DNA of 63,071 nucleotides, filler included, from Lenisia limosa (Eukaryota; Protista; Breviatea), in the NCBI GenBank assembly GCA_001655205.1. It is 12 parts of 12 records of this genome, joined end to end, with 100 filler letters (N's around TTAATTAATTAA, not from the genome) between each part and the next. Parts side by side here need not be neighbours in the genome. Positions count along the whole stretch, not along the records: positions 13,395 to 19,891 come from LPNZ01001162.1; positions 19,992 to 28,755 come from LPNZ01006666.1; 10 more parts are not named here. One strand, written 5' to 3'. Positions 13,295 to 25,963 of the stretch are shown piece by piece (position 1 is the first letter of the stretch; every line of letters begins with the position of its first letter). A program made the translations under genes and the position numbers. Under the pieces are notes generated by a model. The model worked only from the letters and a program-made list of their open reading frames with translations, had not been told where the DNA came from and made no database searches.

Positions 13295-13394
13295 NNNNNN
13301 NNNNNNNNNNNNNNNNNNNNNNNNNNNNNNNNNNNNNNTTAATTAATTAANNNNNNNNNNNNNNNNNNNNNNNNNNNNNNNNNNNNNNNNNNNN
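13295..13394. other. Artificial 100-nt contig spacer (six-frame stop TTAATTAATTAA); 11 in the window
   Basis: 44 N + TTAATTAATTAA + 44 N. The 12-mer starts at 13339, 19936, 28800, 30747, 33910, 35324, 36569, 54127, 55578, 59412, 61121. Genes such as COPA and the RING gene are cut at these joins. Confidence 0.95.
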
Positions 13395-14512
13395 TTTTTG
13401 ACCTCTTATTTCATCGATTTTTAGTCTTACTGATTTGAAGGTAGCCCCGGTTTTTGATATATGTTATAAAATGTAATACAACTGCGTTAAACTGCGCTCT
13501 GACTGGAAGAAAAAATATTTCATGACACATGACTGGAAATTCTTTTATTCTTGAAAATTGGAAAGAATGGTGCAAAACCGCGAAGGTAGGCATTATTAGT
13601 TTCAATAATGTATATTTACATCTGTTTTCAGAGTGAAAAGAAGAAGACAGTTTGTTGTTCAAGAGCCTTGTTTCCAACAATGTGCGTCTCGAGGTGTGTC
13701 TTCTACCATGCCAGTATGTTTAAATTTTCCATAAACCTTCATGTTATACTCTTGATTACACAATGCTTTCGGGTACGCCATCTTTCCTCCGATTCTGATC
13801 TCATGTTTCGATAGGTATACAGCGTCGTCACTATATCTATCTCTGTGATATTCTTCTTACCTCTGTATTGGTTTTGTGTTGTGGAGGCAAATCTCTTCTT
13901 ATCCATGTTCTGTGCTTGCCTGTTGCGACCTCTGCTCATCCCAAANNNNNNNNNNNNNNNNNNNNNNNNNNNNNNNNNNNNNNNNNNNNNNNNNNNNNNN
14001 NNNNNNNNNNNNNNNNNNNNNNNNNNNNNNNNNNNNNNNNNNNNNNNNNNNNNNNNNNNNNNNNNNNNNNNNNNNNNNNNNNNNNNNNNNNNNNNNNNNN
14101 NNNNNNNNNNNNNNNNNNNNNNNNNNNNNNNNNNNNNNNNNNNNNNNNNNNNNNNNNNNNNNNNNNNNNNNNNNNNNNNNNNNNNNNNNNNNNNNNNNNN
14201 NNNNTTTATATGATATATACATCTGAATTTTCCTTGCAATGGAAACGAAAACACTTCATAATATATTATAAGATACACATTACATTACAGTTTGCAAGAA
14301 ATGGGCCAATGAAGTTATCTTTTTGTGAATCTACACTTGTTATTCCTTATCACTTGAATATTAATGACAGCGAATGTCAAAAAGGAAGAATAAAACTACA
14401 GTAGAAGTCAGGAAAGTGACAAAATAAAACTAACACAAAGAAGATCCCTAATCAATCAGTCATACCAGTGTGGGGGGGAGGGCTCTATAGGCCAGAATTA
14501 ACCTTGTTTTGG

Positions 14513-17500
14513 TCACGGGGTGTAGGGACTGGCGACTTGGTTCTTCTGACGTTTCTTTTTGAGGGAGGCTGTTTTTTTGTCAGATGAGGGAATAACTGCT
14601 GAGACGTCGAGGGGTAAATGTACGTATACCGTTCGCTGTGAGGTAACAAAGTGCCAATCAGGATTATCCGAGATTCTGAAGTGGTAGATTCTCAGGAGCT
14701 TCAGCATGTTGTCCACAAAGGTCCTGATCGTACATGTACCCAGGTAGCTGTGGACGAAGGAGAAGAAATTTTCCACCTTGTAGGTAGACCCTGCTCTCAT
14801 GTTGATAATCGAGGTAGAGGATGGTGAGGGGGCAAGGATGCGATGAGTTTGAGGTGGTGATGGTTGAGCTGGAACCGCAGAAACTGGCACTGGCTCCGTA
14901 CTCAGGGAGATGGGCACGACGTATTCAATGGGCTGGCTGAGCATACATGTAGGTACCTTGATTATGAGAATCAAGAGGTCAAACAATATATCATATTCAA
15001 AAAGATATCACAAAACACCCGCATCATACTCTCTTTTTCACAACAGATTGCACAAGGTGGGGGATGACCTAGACAGTTTGTGCGGCTGCAACTAAGTCAA
15101 ACATCAGGTTCCTTGCTCCTGAGTCTGTATGCTGGGGGTACAGTTATAAGAGTATTGGAATGAGTTACTGTTTTGCGAGATGAAGTAGAAAAGGATAAAA
15201 CGATTTGCAATCCTAAACTTACGTTGATATATACTACTTAATAAACACATTCTGGGATCTTGTTGCCAAAGTACACGCTCCTGGAAAGAGAGCCCTCTCT
15301 TGTTGTGCGCCTTAACAAGGTTCGACACTACTGTCACAAACTCGGCTTCTTCGTGCTCTTCGTTCAGGATGACTTCTGAGATAAACTTAGGGCAGAAGAA
15401 CTCTTCAACTTTTGGAACTGACCGGAGATCGCTGCGGAAGTTGGCAGTAGTCAGTTTTGTCTTTCCGCTAGTAGCTACAGCCTTCCAAGCGTTGAAGAAG
15501 AACTTGACTTCTTCTCGAGAAACGTGAAACCGGAAGCGTTTGAAGATGTGAATGATATCTTGAATGGTAAGAACCAATTCTTGATGGGCGCCGCTGTCGT
15601 CAGTGTATTGCTGGACAAATGGGGAAACCAGGACTGGAAGCTGGTACACCTCAGTTGGAATCTCGTATTTTATCTTCGACGAAACAAACCAAGAAACAGA
15701 TTTGCAGTCAGAAAAAGTCTTCTTGAACTCAATTATGACATTGATCAGCTTCTCTATGTCCGGTTTGCCTACAAACCCATACTGTATAGGCAGCTCAGCC
15801 CAGGTGTTGAAAAGGCTGGTCGCCTTTTTTTCCTTGAATTCAGTCGCCCATAGAACTCTGAGGTCCTCGGCAGATGTTGTTGAACGCTGAGGGTTCCCAG
15901 CCTTCTTCAGGTCGGCGAACATTACTTCTTTAACGGGAGGAGACATTTCGATAGCGACTCTGGCGACTTCGGCGAGAGACAACATTTGCCCATCTGGACC
16001 ATTCACCTGGGTGTGCTGCAACGCCCCGTCATCAGTGCGTATGCTGAAGCGGACTGGTTCTTCTGTCGAAAATGTTGTGGAAGGAAAAGAGCCGGAGTGA
16101 TTGAGAGACACGTCATCATTTGGGTCTGAGAAAGAAATAGTGCGAACATCTTCATTTGGTACGGGGCGGTACAAGAGAGGAAGTTCGGAGATATTTCTCT
16201 GAGTGCACCTATTCAGAACTTTTTCAACGCTGAGCTTCATCCTCTGCGTCTCCTGTGCGTTGGACTCAGTTCCAGCTGCAAAAAGAGCACCAATACAGGA
16301 CACACTGTTATCGACTGACGTCAGTACGATAGAGGAAATGGTCTTTGCTCGGTACATGAGGACCGATGAAGTCTGCCGCCAGTGAAGGTAAGTTGAAGTA
16401 ACTTAATTGTTGTGGTCCGTAATAAGATTTCAAACTGCTGGGATAGCCAAATCTAGTCTAATGTATCATGTCTGGAGAGGGGGGGTAAGTTAGGGCGTAT
16501 GTTGTACCATCTCCAGTAGTTATGATAAATTCGCCAATTAATCCTTATTTTGCCTCAGATTGAAATTTCTTTACATTGAAGGTCTGACAACACTCAAGTC
16601 AAAAAGAGCCCGAGGAGCCCTGTAACTGACCATTGTTGATGACTGTCTTTGTAGTTATGTTTTTTGCACATGAAAAAAATACATATTTCTTTCATCGTTC
16701 TAATTGCTGCAGAATAAATAATGGGGAAATTGGGCATTTTTATTAATTTTCAAAAAGCGGCAGTCATGTTACAGGTCGGCTGGGCAAGACCAGACTGGTG
16801 GAGGTGGGGTAAGCAGCCTTATGATAAACACAGTAGTAGACACAATCCTAAACTGTTTCAAATTTAAGAGAACAAAGTTGAAAGTTCTCATTTCCAGGTA
16901 GCAATAAAGTGTAGAACTGAAATAGAAAAGGTATTTCTTGTCAAATAAATAACTACAGTAGCAATCAAAACTCACAAATCCCTATCATTGACTACCCCAA
17001 CCCCCCCACAGGCTGGTGCCTTGCGTAACATCAGTTTGGAGATTGATCCGGTCCGAAATGCGGCGGATAGTGCGGCAAGTTGAGGCGATAATATTGGGCC
17101 GACCTGGGGGTGTAAGAATCAAACAAAAAAAACAAAAAACTCAAAAATGAACATTTTTTGGCTAGACATTAGAAACACAAGACGCCTTCAATTCATTTAG
17201 AGGTATCAAGCTTAAATNNNNNNNNNNNNNNNNNNNNNNNNNNNNNNNNNNNNNNNNNNNNNNNNNNNNNNNNNNNNNNNNNNNNNNNNNNNNNNNNNNN
17301 NNNNNNNNNNNNNNNNNNNNNNNNNNNNNNNNNNNNNNNNNNNNNNNNNNNNNNNNNNNNNNNNNNNNNNNNNNNNNNNNNNNNNNNNNNNNNNNNNTGG
17401 GAGCAAAAATTGGTTCTATAGAGTACCATATATCGCCAAATTTAGCATTTTTTTCGGACCTACTTACCCCCACCCCCACCATCCATTTCGGACCTACTTA

Positions 17501-17690
17501 CCCCCACCCCCACCATCCATTTTCGGTTTCCTTGGTGGCGAGAGGTCGAGGGAAACAGCTGTCTGACCGCGGGTCACTGGCGGCGGCGTAATAGTGTCCA
17601 GGTCGGATGGGCGGAAGAGGGACTTGGATCTTGCGTGGCCTGATGAACGCGCCCGCGCAACTGAAGCGTGATTGCGGTATTCACCTTTGA
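14513..17690 (-). CDS. Multi-exon hypothetical protein, no recognisable domain
   Basis: 417-codon ORF 15104-16357 and 157-codon ORF 14513-14986 with protein-like composition. Further GT-AG-flanked open exons near 16770-16795, 17010-17102 and 17515-17690. Confidence 0.6.
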
Positions 17691-17807
17691 GATAAGGAAA
17701 CAGAATCCCTTATTGGCACCATACCGTGGGTATTAGTTGGGACGGGCTGAGGCTGCGGTGTGTGTGCTGGCGGAGTAAAATTTGAACATTTAACAATAAA
17801 AAAAAAA

Positions 17808-19452
17808 TTAACAAAATAATAAAATACACAAAATCACTAAATACACAATTTCTCTCCCCGGGTGTTTATTATTTATCAACAGTAACAAGTGGTCAGAAGG
17901 AGACAAAAAAAACCGATATGTGTGACTTCAGCTCTGACACTGCAATGAAAGCAAGTCAGAGTTGGTATGTGATACAGGCGGATAAATGCACCGCCTACTC
18001 ATGCTCAATTTGGACATTGCTTCTGTTCGGTTGCTTGCAATGTTGTCGCTTTCAACAATGTAACGTAGTTCGTCTCTGGGGGAGTTGTGGCATTAGCACA
18101 AACGGCCAAATTATTTATTGATAACATGATATATTGTGAAATACAGTTGATGGATATATGAATGAAAAGTTATTGTGAAAGCTTAACATTAATGTCCAGA
18201 TGTTTTTATATAGCAAGACCACAATAATAACAGTATGTATCAAATGTTCGCAATGGCTCACATTGAAGGAGGGCGCACAATGATCTCGTGGTTGGAGAGA
18301 GGCTGGCTCCAATAGAACGCAACGGTTTCCTTAGGGTGCAGCAGTATAAGGTCCAAATCATGCGGGGTCTGCGGGAATGAGGTGAGTTGGGTAACACGGA
18401 AGATAATGGTATTATGATGAGAAGTTAATCTCAGGTGTTATACCCACATGGCCTGTCTTCGACCGAAAGAACGTTGCTACACAAGCTAGTTACCCCCCAC
18501 CGTCTGGCCTTGAACCAGGGCTTGAGCAACGAACAAAGGAGATGTTGATGAGNNNNNNNNNNTTAACAAAATAATAAAATACACAAAATCACTAAATACA
18601 CAATTTCTCTCCCCGGGTGTTTATTATTTATTATTAATCTCTCAATCCCTGCGGGTGTATATTAACCTCTCAATCCCTGCGTGTGTTTAATAGATCTTAA
18701 AAAAATAATAATCAAAGCCCTAGCATGGAGAGGGAATGTATGTGAGTTTGGATAATAAAGCACTTTATCAACAGTAACAAGTGGTCAGAAGGAGACAAAA
18801 AAAACGATATGTGTGACTTCAGCTCTGACACTGTAATGAAAGCAAGTCAGAGTTTGTATGTGATACAGGCGGATAAATGCACCGCCTACTCATGCTCAAT
18901 TTGGACATTGCTTCAGTTCGGTTGCTTGCAATGTTGTCGCTTTCAACAATGTAACGTAGTTCGTCTCTGGGGGAGTTGTGGCATTAGCACAAACGGCCAA
19001 ATTATTTATTGATAACATGATATATTGTGAAATACAGTTGATGGATATATGAATGAAAAGTTATTGTGAAAGCTTAACATTAATGTCCAGATGTTTTTAT
19101 ATAGCAAGACCACAATAATAACAGTATGTATCAAATGTTCGCAATGGCTCACATTGAAGGAGGGCGCACAATGATCTCGTGGTTGGAGAGAGGCTGGCTC
19201 CAATAGAACGCAACGGTTTCCTTAGGGTGCAGCAGTATAAGGTCCAAATCATGCGGGATCTGCGGGAATGAGGTGAGTTGGGTAACACGGAAGATAATGG
19301 TATTATGATGATGAAGTTAATCTCAGGTGTTATACCCACATGGCCTGTCTTCGACCGAAAGAACGTTACTACACAAGCTAGTTACCCCCCCCCCACCGTC
19401 TGGCCTTGAACCAGGGCTTGAGCAACGAACAAAGGAGATGTTGATGAGTTAT
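17808..19452. repeat. Near-identical ~750-bp direct duplication either side of a 10-N gap (probably uncollapsed haplotypes)
   Basis: 17808-18552 is repeated at 18563-19452 with a few SNPs. The second copy carries an extra ~140-bp segment (~18627-18765). Confidence 0.9.
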
Positions 19453-20019
19453 GCAGAACGTAAGGTGGAGACTCGCACGGCGAAAATTGGACCCATGAAC
19501 ACCTTCTATCCACCTGGGCTGAGGTTAGATTCGAAGTATCGTTTATACAGTCACTTGAACCATGTTGGGTTGTTACCGTGATATAGACACACGTGGATAT
19601 GAAATATTAACTCTAACAACGTCATAACCGGCACCAATGGTACACAATCAGAGTCAACGTCATAACCGGCACCAATGGTACAAATATTGCCCATCGAAGT
19701 CATATATTGTTGCTGTTGCTGTAGCGAGTCCGCCACTAACAGAGACTGAGACCGTTATAGACACGTCTTCACTAGGCTGCGTGCCGTGGGTCACCACTGC
19801 AACAAATTCGGTACTCTGCGTAGTAGACAACTCCAGCCAGGAGTAGCTGAAACGTCAGCCACAGATAATGTAGTTGAAACTCAGAATATTTNNNNNNNNN
19901 NNNNNNNNNNNNNNNNNNNNNNNNNNNNNNNNNNNTTAATTAATTAANNNNNNNNNNNNNNNNNNNNNNNNNNNNNNNNNNNNNNNNNNNNGCCTTCCGA
20001 CATCATATTTTATACCATT

Positions 20020-23000
20020 TCCAAATCAGGATAACGATTTAGTAATCCAACAATTCAGCGTTGCCATGTATCCCACCTGCGCAATACTTTTGACTGAAAA
20101 AAACTGGATTTGATTTGAAAAATGAAAAAGCGCTCGCGTTCATGTATGGTCACCTATATGATATATTACTACACATCATCTATACTTGCATTAAATGAAC
20201 TTAAGCCTTCACTCGTGCAAGAAAAGAAAACTCCAAGATCAAGATTAAAAGCAAAACCAGTCTTTCTGGAGCTGATATGAGGCATTTGTTTTGGCTGAAG
20301 CCCACAAACCTTTCTGGACCAAAGTGGCGTAAGGGCCAATGGTCATCTTCACAATGTTCCCGCTCACCGCAGCCTGTGTGCGTTAGAGTTGCTGTTGTAT
20401 AATATATTGTGAGAGAAAAAAATACTCAATCTATTTCTGGACATTGGAATACTCAATCTATTTCTGGCCATTTGAATACTCAATCTATTTCTGGCCATTG
20501 GAATACTCAATTTATTTCTGGCCATTGGAATACTCAATCTATTTCTGGCCATTAGAAATCATATTGCTGTGCGAATAATTAAGCGGTCGAATGATACATA
20601 TTGATGTTCCTCGACCTTTGAGCTTACCAAAGTTGGGATATTTAGGTTATTGACGTGGGACTGGAGACATTCGCCATGGGTGTTCTCACCCCACAAATAC
20701 GCCTTTCCTCCAGCTGAACTGAATTAAAAAATGAAAAAACGAACCGTTTGACAATGAAACACAGAAATTTGAAAATAAATCTATTGTGTAGTACTCCTTT
20801 AAAATATTTTCAAAAAAAAAACTGTCAAAGTACTCGATAGGTAAAAAAACAAGCCAAAAAGCTTAAAAAAGAAGTGCTACAAATAAAAAACAAGCTAATT
20901 GTTTAAGAAAAGTAAAAGAATACTCCCAACGGCACGTTTCCAGCCCACAGAGTACACCAAAGAAGTGAACACCAGCTCCAGCATAGTCGATTGCTGTGAG
21001 TGAGAAGGAGACAAATGAAAGAAGCTTTAGGTGATAAAAATATGGATAAGGGTGAATAATCTGACTCAGAGAAAATAACAAGCTGGTTTATTAGATAAAC
21101 GTCGATATTCAGTTTTCTTTGTATTCATCAAAAGTACAGCGACCGGGATAAGTCTTGACCGATTTGCTCTGTGATTACAAAGGAAAATCGGTCAAGACTA
21201 ATCCCCCCACTGAAGGTAATCAAGATTATCGCCTTACCAGTTGAGAAAGGCAAGGTGTAGGTGCTGATAGTAGAACTGGGGTTTGCAGCTGTATTAACAA
21301 TCTGGAAAGAGAGGTTAGACAATAATACCATGTCGCTTAAGCAAAAAAAATGTTAAATTACATGCATATTATATAGCAATGAGAAATATCTGACCGAAGC
21401 CGTCCACNNNNNNNNNNNNNNNNNNNNNNNNNNNNNNNNNNNNNNNNNNNNNNNNNNNNNNNNNNNNNNNNNNNNNNNNNNNNNNNNNNNNNNNNNNNNN
21501 NNNNNNNNNNNNNNNNNNCCCATACAAGATATCTTCTTATCTGAAAGAGTGATGTCTGTGAACGATTTTAACTTGTGCATAATTCAGTACATTTTTACAA
21601 ACAAAATTCATAATACAACAGAAAAAGCAAGACAGCATTCAACAATTAAAAGGAGAAAATATCCTACTTTTATCAATAGAGCAAATGGAAGACTCTCCAA
21701 GGAGAAGATGTTCAGTGGAGGGGTACTCTTCAGCAAGTTCAAAGAAAGTTGAGTCGTACTTATTGCTGACAAGATCGGAAGGCTGAAGGGGGGGGGGGGG
21801 GGNNNNNNNNNNNNNNNNNNNNNNNNNNNNNNNNNNNNNNNNNNNNNNNNNNNNNNNNNNNNNNNNNNNNNNNNNNNNNNNNNNNNNNCAAACATCTACC
21901 CCCCCCCCCCAGATATTAATTAACAAAACTTGAAATTAAAGTGTCTGAAATGGAGTTCCCAAGACAATATGTCACACTTCAAATTTTGCAATTATTTTCC
22001 AATTAATTGAATAAATTCGCTTACATTTCCAAGTACATAGTCCTTGTTTTGACCGCATGTACTGACAACTCCTCCTAACAAGAATAAAAAATCACCCATT
22101 CAGTGCAATACGGGTTTCAGCATAACATTATTATACTTAGGGTTCCCTGCAGTCCGAAAAAGATTGGTAAAATATCGATATTTATCGAGGATTTATAGAG
22201 AAAAATAGTCTATTTTTTGGACCATAGGGAAGCCCTACATATACAGTATACTATCTAAAAAAACAATACCTCCTCACCACAGGTGAAATTCGAATGCCAT
22301 ATTCCATCAGCCATACATGTAGCAACCGGGGTTCCTAGTTTGTCAATAAAGCGGAATATCAAATAGTAGAGGCGTGTATGTGACCCTTGATAAACATTGA
22401 GACTTCATTCTTCTTCAGACGAGTGAATCCATATTCATATCATTTTTATACATATATCAGTAAAAGTGCATTGCAACACACCTTCAGGAGTTGCACTCAC
22501 ATCGGTACAACGAAGGGAGCAGTCATCGCCGTAGTTAGTTGTACCTGTTATTGGTGATAGTTTAACTGGCTACATAAATGTTCTTTATTTCAAATGTTGC
22601 ACAGTAAAATTTGATTCTTCAGCCACACCAAAGGTGAAACTCAACTAGCACGTGTTCCCTTTCCGTCTCTTGTCAGCTACAAGAGGCTGTTCATATTATT
22701 GTTTTAGGGCTTCCTTATGGTCCCAACAAAAGACTGAATTTCTCGAAAAATCCACGATAAACATTAATAGTGTCCCGCTTTTCGGCCCGCACTAAATCCC
22801 CCTGCTATATCTCCTCTCCCAGAGTTGTTAGGCAACTGATTGGGTAAATTTATTATATGGTAATCCAATATCTCTTAGAAGCGTGATAGTGTGAACGGCT
22901 TCGGCCAGATACAACCTTGTTTTCTTTTCTGATCTCTCCCAGCCTACCACCGAGTGCGCAGCTGTCAGACGCCATAGCAGAACTGAATTCGTTGTCACAT

Positions 23001-25040
23001 GTGGCTGCAAAGTGTGTTAGACACCATGAGACTGTAAAGACATTATGGGGCATTCCATTATGTGTTGTGGATATAGTATAGCATAGTATTTCAAATAATA
23101 CCCTCCCGATGTATCGCATTTTCCAAATAATAGCTTCCCGATTTTCCATTCATGCAGAACTCAGGGACAATGGTCACAAATGAGAAGAGTAAGTAATTTC
23201 ACTTGTCAGAATGGTTACTGCACTCCTCAACATGATACAACACCCGTTAATACAAAGAACAGGTGGTAGCGAACATATCAACAGGACAACTTCAATAATA
23301 TGATTACAAAGAAGCTTCTACCACCACCCCCTACAAATATCGCATCTTGGGGGATCGACCCACCCGTCAGCGTAAGTGCAAGTGACCGTTGTGGAGGGAA
23401 CAACCGCGGTGTAGCCAAGGGGACAGGCACCCTGTTTCATGAGGGCTTAAAGCCAATGAGCCAATCTAGAAAAGAAAAAAACCAAAGGGAAATGATGAAA
23501 ATATCATAAGGTGATATGATTAATGACTGACGAACCTGCATTTGTGAAACAAAAAAAAAGAGTGATGATCATAGAAAAGTAATCTTCGTTTTCCAAAAAC
23601 ACTAAGCCCCCCAATACCTACCACGGACCGCTACACCTTATCAGTAATCTGGTTCATGCCTACCCCCCCCCCCNNNNNNNNNNNNNNNNNNNNNNNNNNN
23701 NNNNNNNNNNNNNNNNNNNNNNNNNNNNNNNNNNNNNTCCCCAGAAGCACCCAACCCAACAAACTCAGTAAATACTTGTGCTCTTTCTTACCGAAACGGC
23801 TATGTCAGCAGTGACCGAAGCATCAGCGAAAGTCCTTGAAGTTACAGAGACAATCAGGTCGGGCCCTCCTGCAGCAGTGGGCGCTCCCATCAAGCAGGAT
23901 ATTTCTACAAAGGATGGGTGAGGGACGATTGAAAGAATGTGAACGTCTTCAAAAGTCTTCACAATTCGCAAAATAAATTGAGATTGGGCATTCTTTGAAG
24001 AAAGAACAAAAATACTAATTCATTGAAAAAGGTGAAATTAAATATCTGGAATAACATATAGCTAGGGGAATAATATTGAAGAATACAAACGTAAAAATAA
24101 CAATTTATGATAAACATGACCAATGTTTTATTTTCAAACCTCTCTTAAGGGCATTGAAGTCTGCCTGAAATAGTGAAATGGTTTTGAAAACTGAGGGGGG
24201 CGGTAGTATTTCATTCCGGTTCTCATGAATAAAATATAGAGATTTTTGGGATGATATCGCGAACTCTATCAGCTTGGCAAACCTAATCAACAATTGCTTC
24301 CGTATTACTAATTATACGATATATAATACACTGACCACGATAAGTCCTGACACGGAGATTGAGCTTAATCCTAAGCTGATCGTGTCAGGACTTTTCATGG
24401 TCACTGTATACTTTCTGCACCACCCATCATATACTCATCATTTACTTCACTTTCGGTTAAAAACAAACGTTTGAAAAGTGCTCTTGTGTACACAATAACC
24501 AAACTTGTGAACGACCTTCCATCCAACAATCCAGCTTACATAAGCGACTGCGTTTCTGTCCGTTGCTGCATCGTCAAGTTCAAACTGCACATAGCCTGCA
24601 GGGGACACTCTAAACTAGGTGAATCTGACAGCCCAGTCCAATAAGGTAAAGAAAATGTGGTTCTTAATAGAAAGCGGAGTATCAGTATCCATAGAACACA
24701 GGAAAAGGTTCACCTTAATCGCAAACGATAAAGAAGGTCCCGTAAACGATAAAGAAAGTCCCGTAAACGAGCGTATTAAAGTCTGAAAAGGCACAATGGT
24801 TGTGGGTGAGGAGTGGAGCGGGGAGCAAACAGTATTGGGTAGTCAGCTCAAATTAATGACCACATCAATTGCAATAAAATTTTAATAATATAGCTCAAGA
24901 AGATACCTGTAGAGCAACAACAATTTCTTACCTGATGAGCGGGGAAGCCTGTAGAGCGAGCGGTAATAGCAGAACCAACAATGATGCTATTAACCACATC
25001 ATATTTGCTACCAAATGGTGCTCGAGGCAGAGAAAAAAGC
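20020..25040 (-). CDS. Multi-exon gene region with Sushi/CCP-like modules upstream and RCC1-like repeats downstream (may be one or two genes)
   Basis: Minus exons: GACPLGYTAVVPSTTVTCTYADGW (~23335-23445), TTNYGDDCSLRC (~22505-22545), GTPVATCMADGIWHSNFTC (~22282-22337); RCC1-like AIDYAGAGVHFFGVL|SGGKAYLWGENTHGECLQ (~20955-20996, ~20630-20712), GNIVKMTIGPYATLVQ (~20310-20390), LLLGESSICSID (~21665-21786). Confidence 0.5.
20421..20552. repeat. Intronic minisatellite, ~5 x 27 bp
   Basis: Unit AATACTCAATCTATTTCTGGCCATTGG, head-to-tail with no spacers. Confidence 0.9.
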
Positions 25041-25963
25041 GGAATTCGGAATTCGGCAAAATTGAAAATATATAATCTGGTCTGGGGAATGAGACGTGCA
25101 CCGCCTGTAACACATTTCCCAAAAATGGTAACTGCCTGTGCGGGCGCCTTCACCAAAAATGTTTGAAATGTGTTGAATTGAATACAAATATACATATCTA
25201 CAATTTTCAATCGACATTTGGAAAGCATTGAATAAGGTACGCATTTCCCACATTCCAATTCATAACATATCATCATATCATACTATCAAGTTTGTCACTT
25301 ATCACAGTTGTCTAACATGACTAAACATTCTTGAGTTCCTCTCTCTGATAGTTTATCATTATCTTAGACCAAGAAGATGGCTGGTGTTTCGCTGGGTTTT
25401 GTATTTGACAGGGAATGTGAACATGTATGCTGGTGATGGATCAGTGAATTGTCATTGTCACCTCATTTTCACAAGAGATTCGCAGTATTGAGAAAAGTAA
25501 AAAGAGATTATTTATTTTGGCTTATTAATACATGGTATTTTTCCCACATATTTTTTTTCATTATAACCATTACCAATGAAATGAGCTGGGGAAATGTATT
25601 AACACATCATTATTTTGCTGTTCATTTATCATTTGGATTCTATTAATGTTGTGACCTTGTTTTTACGCTTACAGGATGTGAATGACGTTTGTATTCCGTG
25701 GCAGTCCATGAAATTCAACAAAATTGTGCTCAAGTCACCAGCAGAGGCAGGATGGAGAAATATATAGTTTAGAACACGTCAATATTGTACATATGCATAT
25801 ATTAAAAATACTGATGCTGTTGGGGACTTTATGTACATATCCACATTTCCACATTAAATATGATATCATATTTAGAAATTCAATGTATTAAGACAATATA
25901 GTTTTCTAATAACAGATTACGTTTCATCATTTGTACCAAAATGCAGAGTATTTACCCATAAAG

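Noticed and set aside
13339-13350. Recurring TTAATTAATTAA as a biological motif
   Set aside because: Always centred in exactly 100-nt N blocks, so it is an artificial six-frame-stop spacer.
20421-20552. 27-bp repeat array as a CRISPR array
   Set aside because: Units are contiguous with no unique spacers, no cas genes are present, and the context is a eukaryotic intron.
24520-25770. Exon-like segments as an N-terminal fusion to ECI1, or as PIF1/RRM fragments
   Set aside because: Open frames and splice signals exist on both strands and the motif matches are only a few residues. Strand and gene membership cannot be decided.
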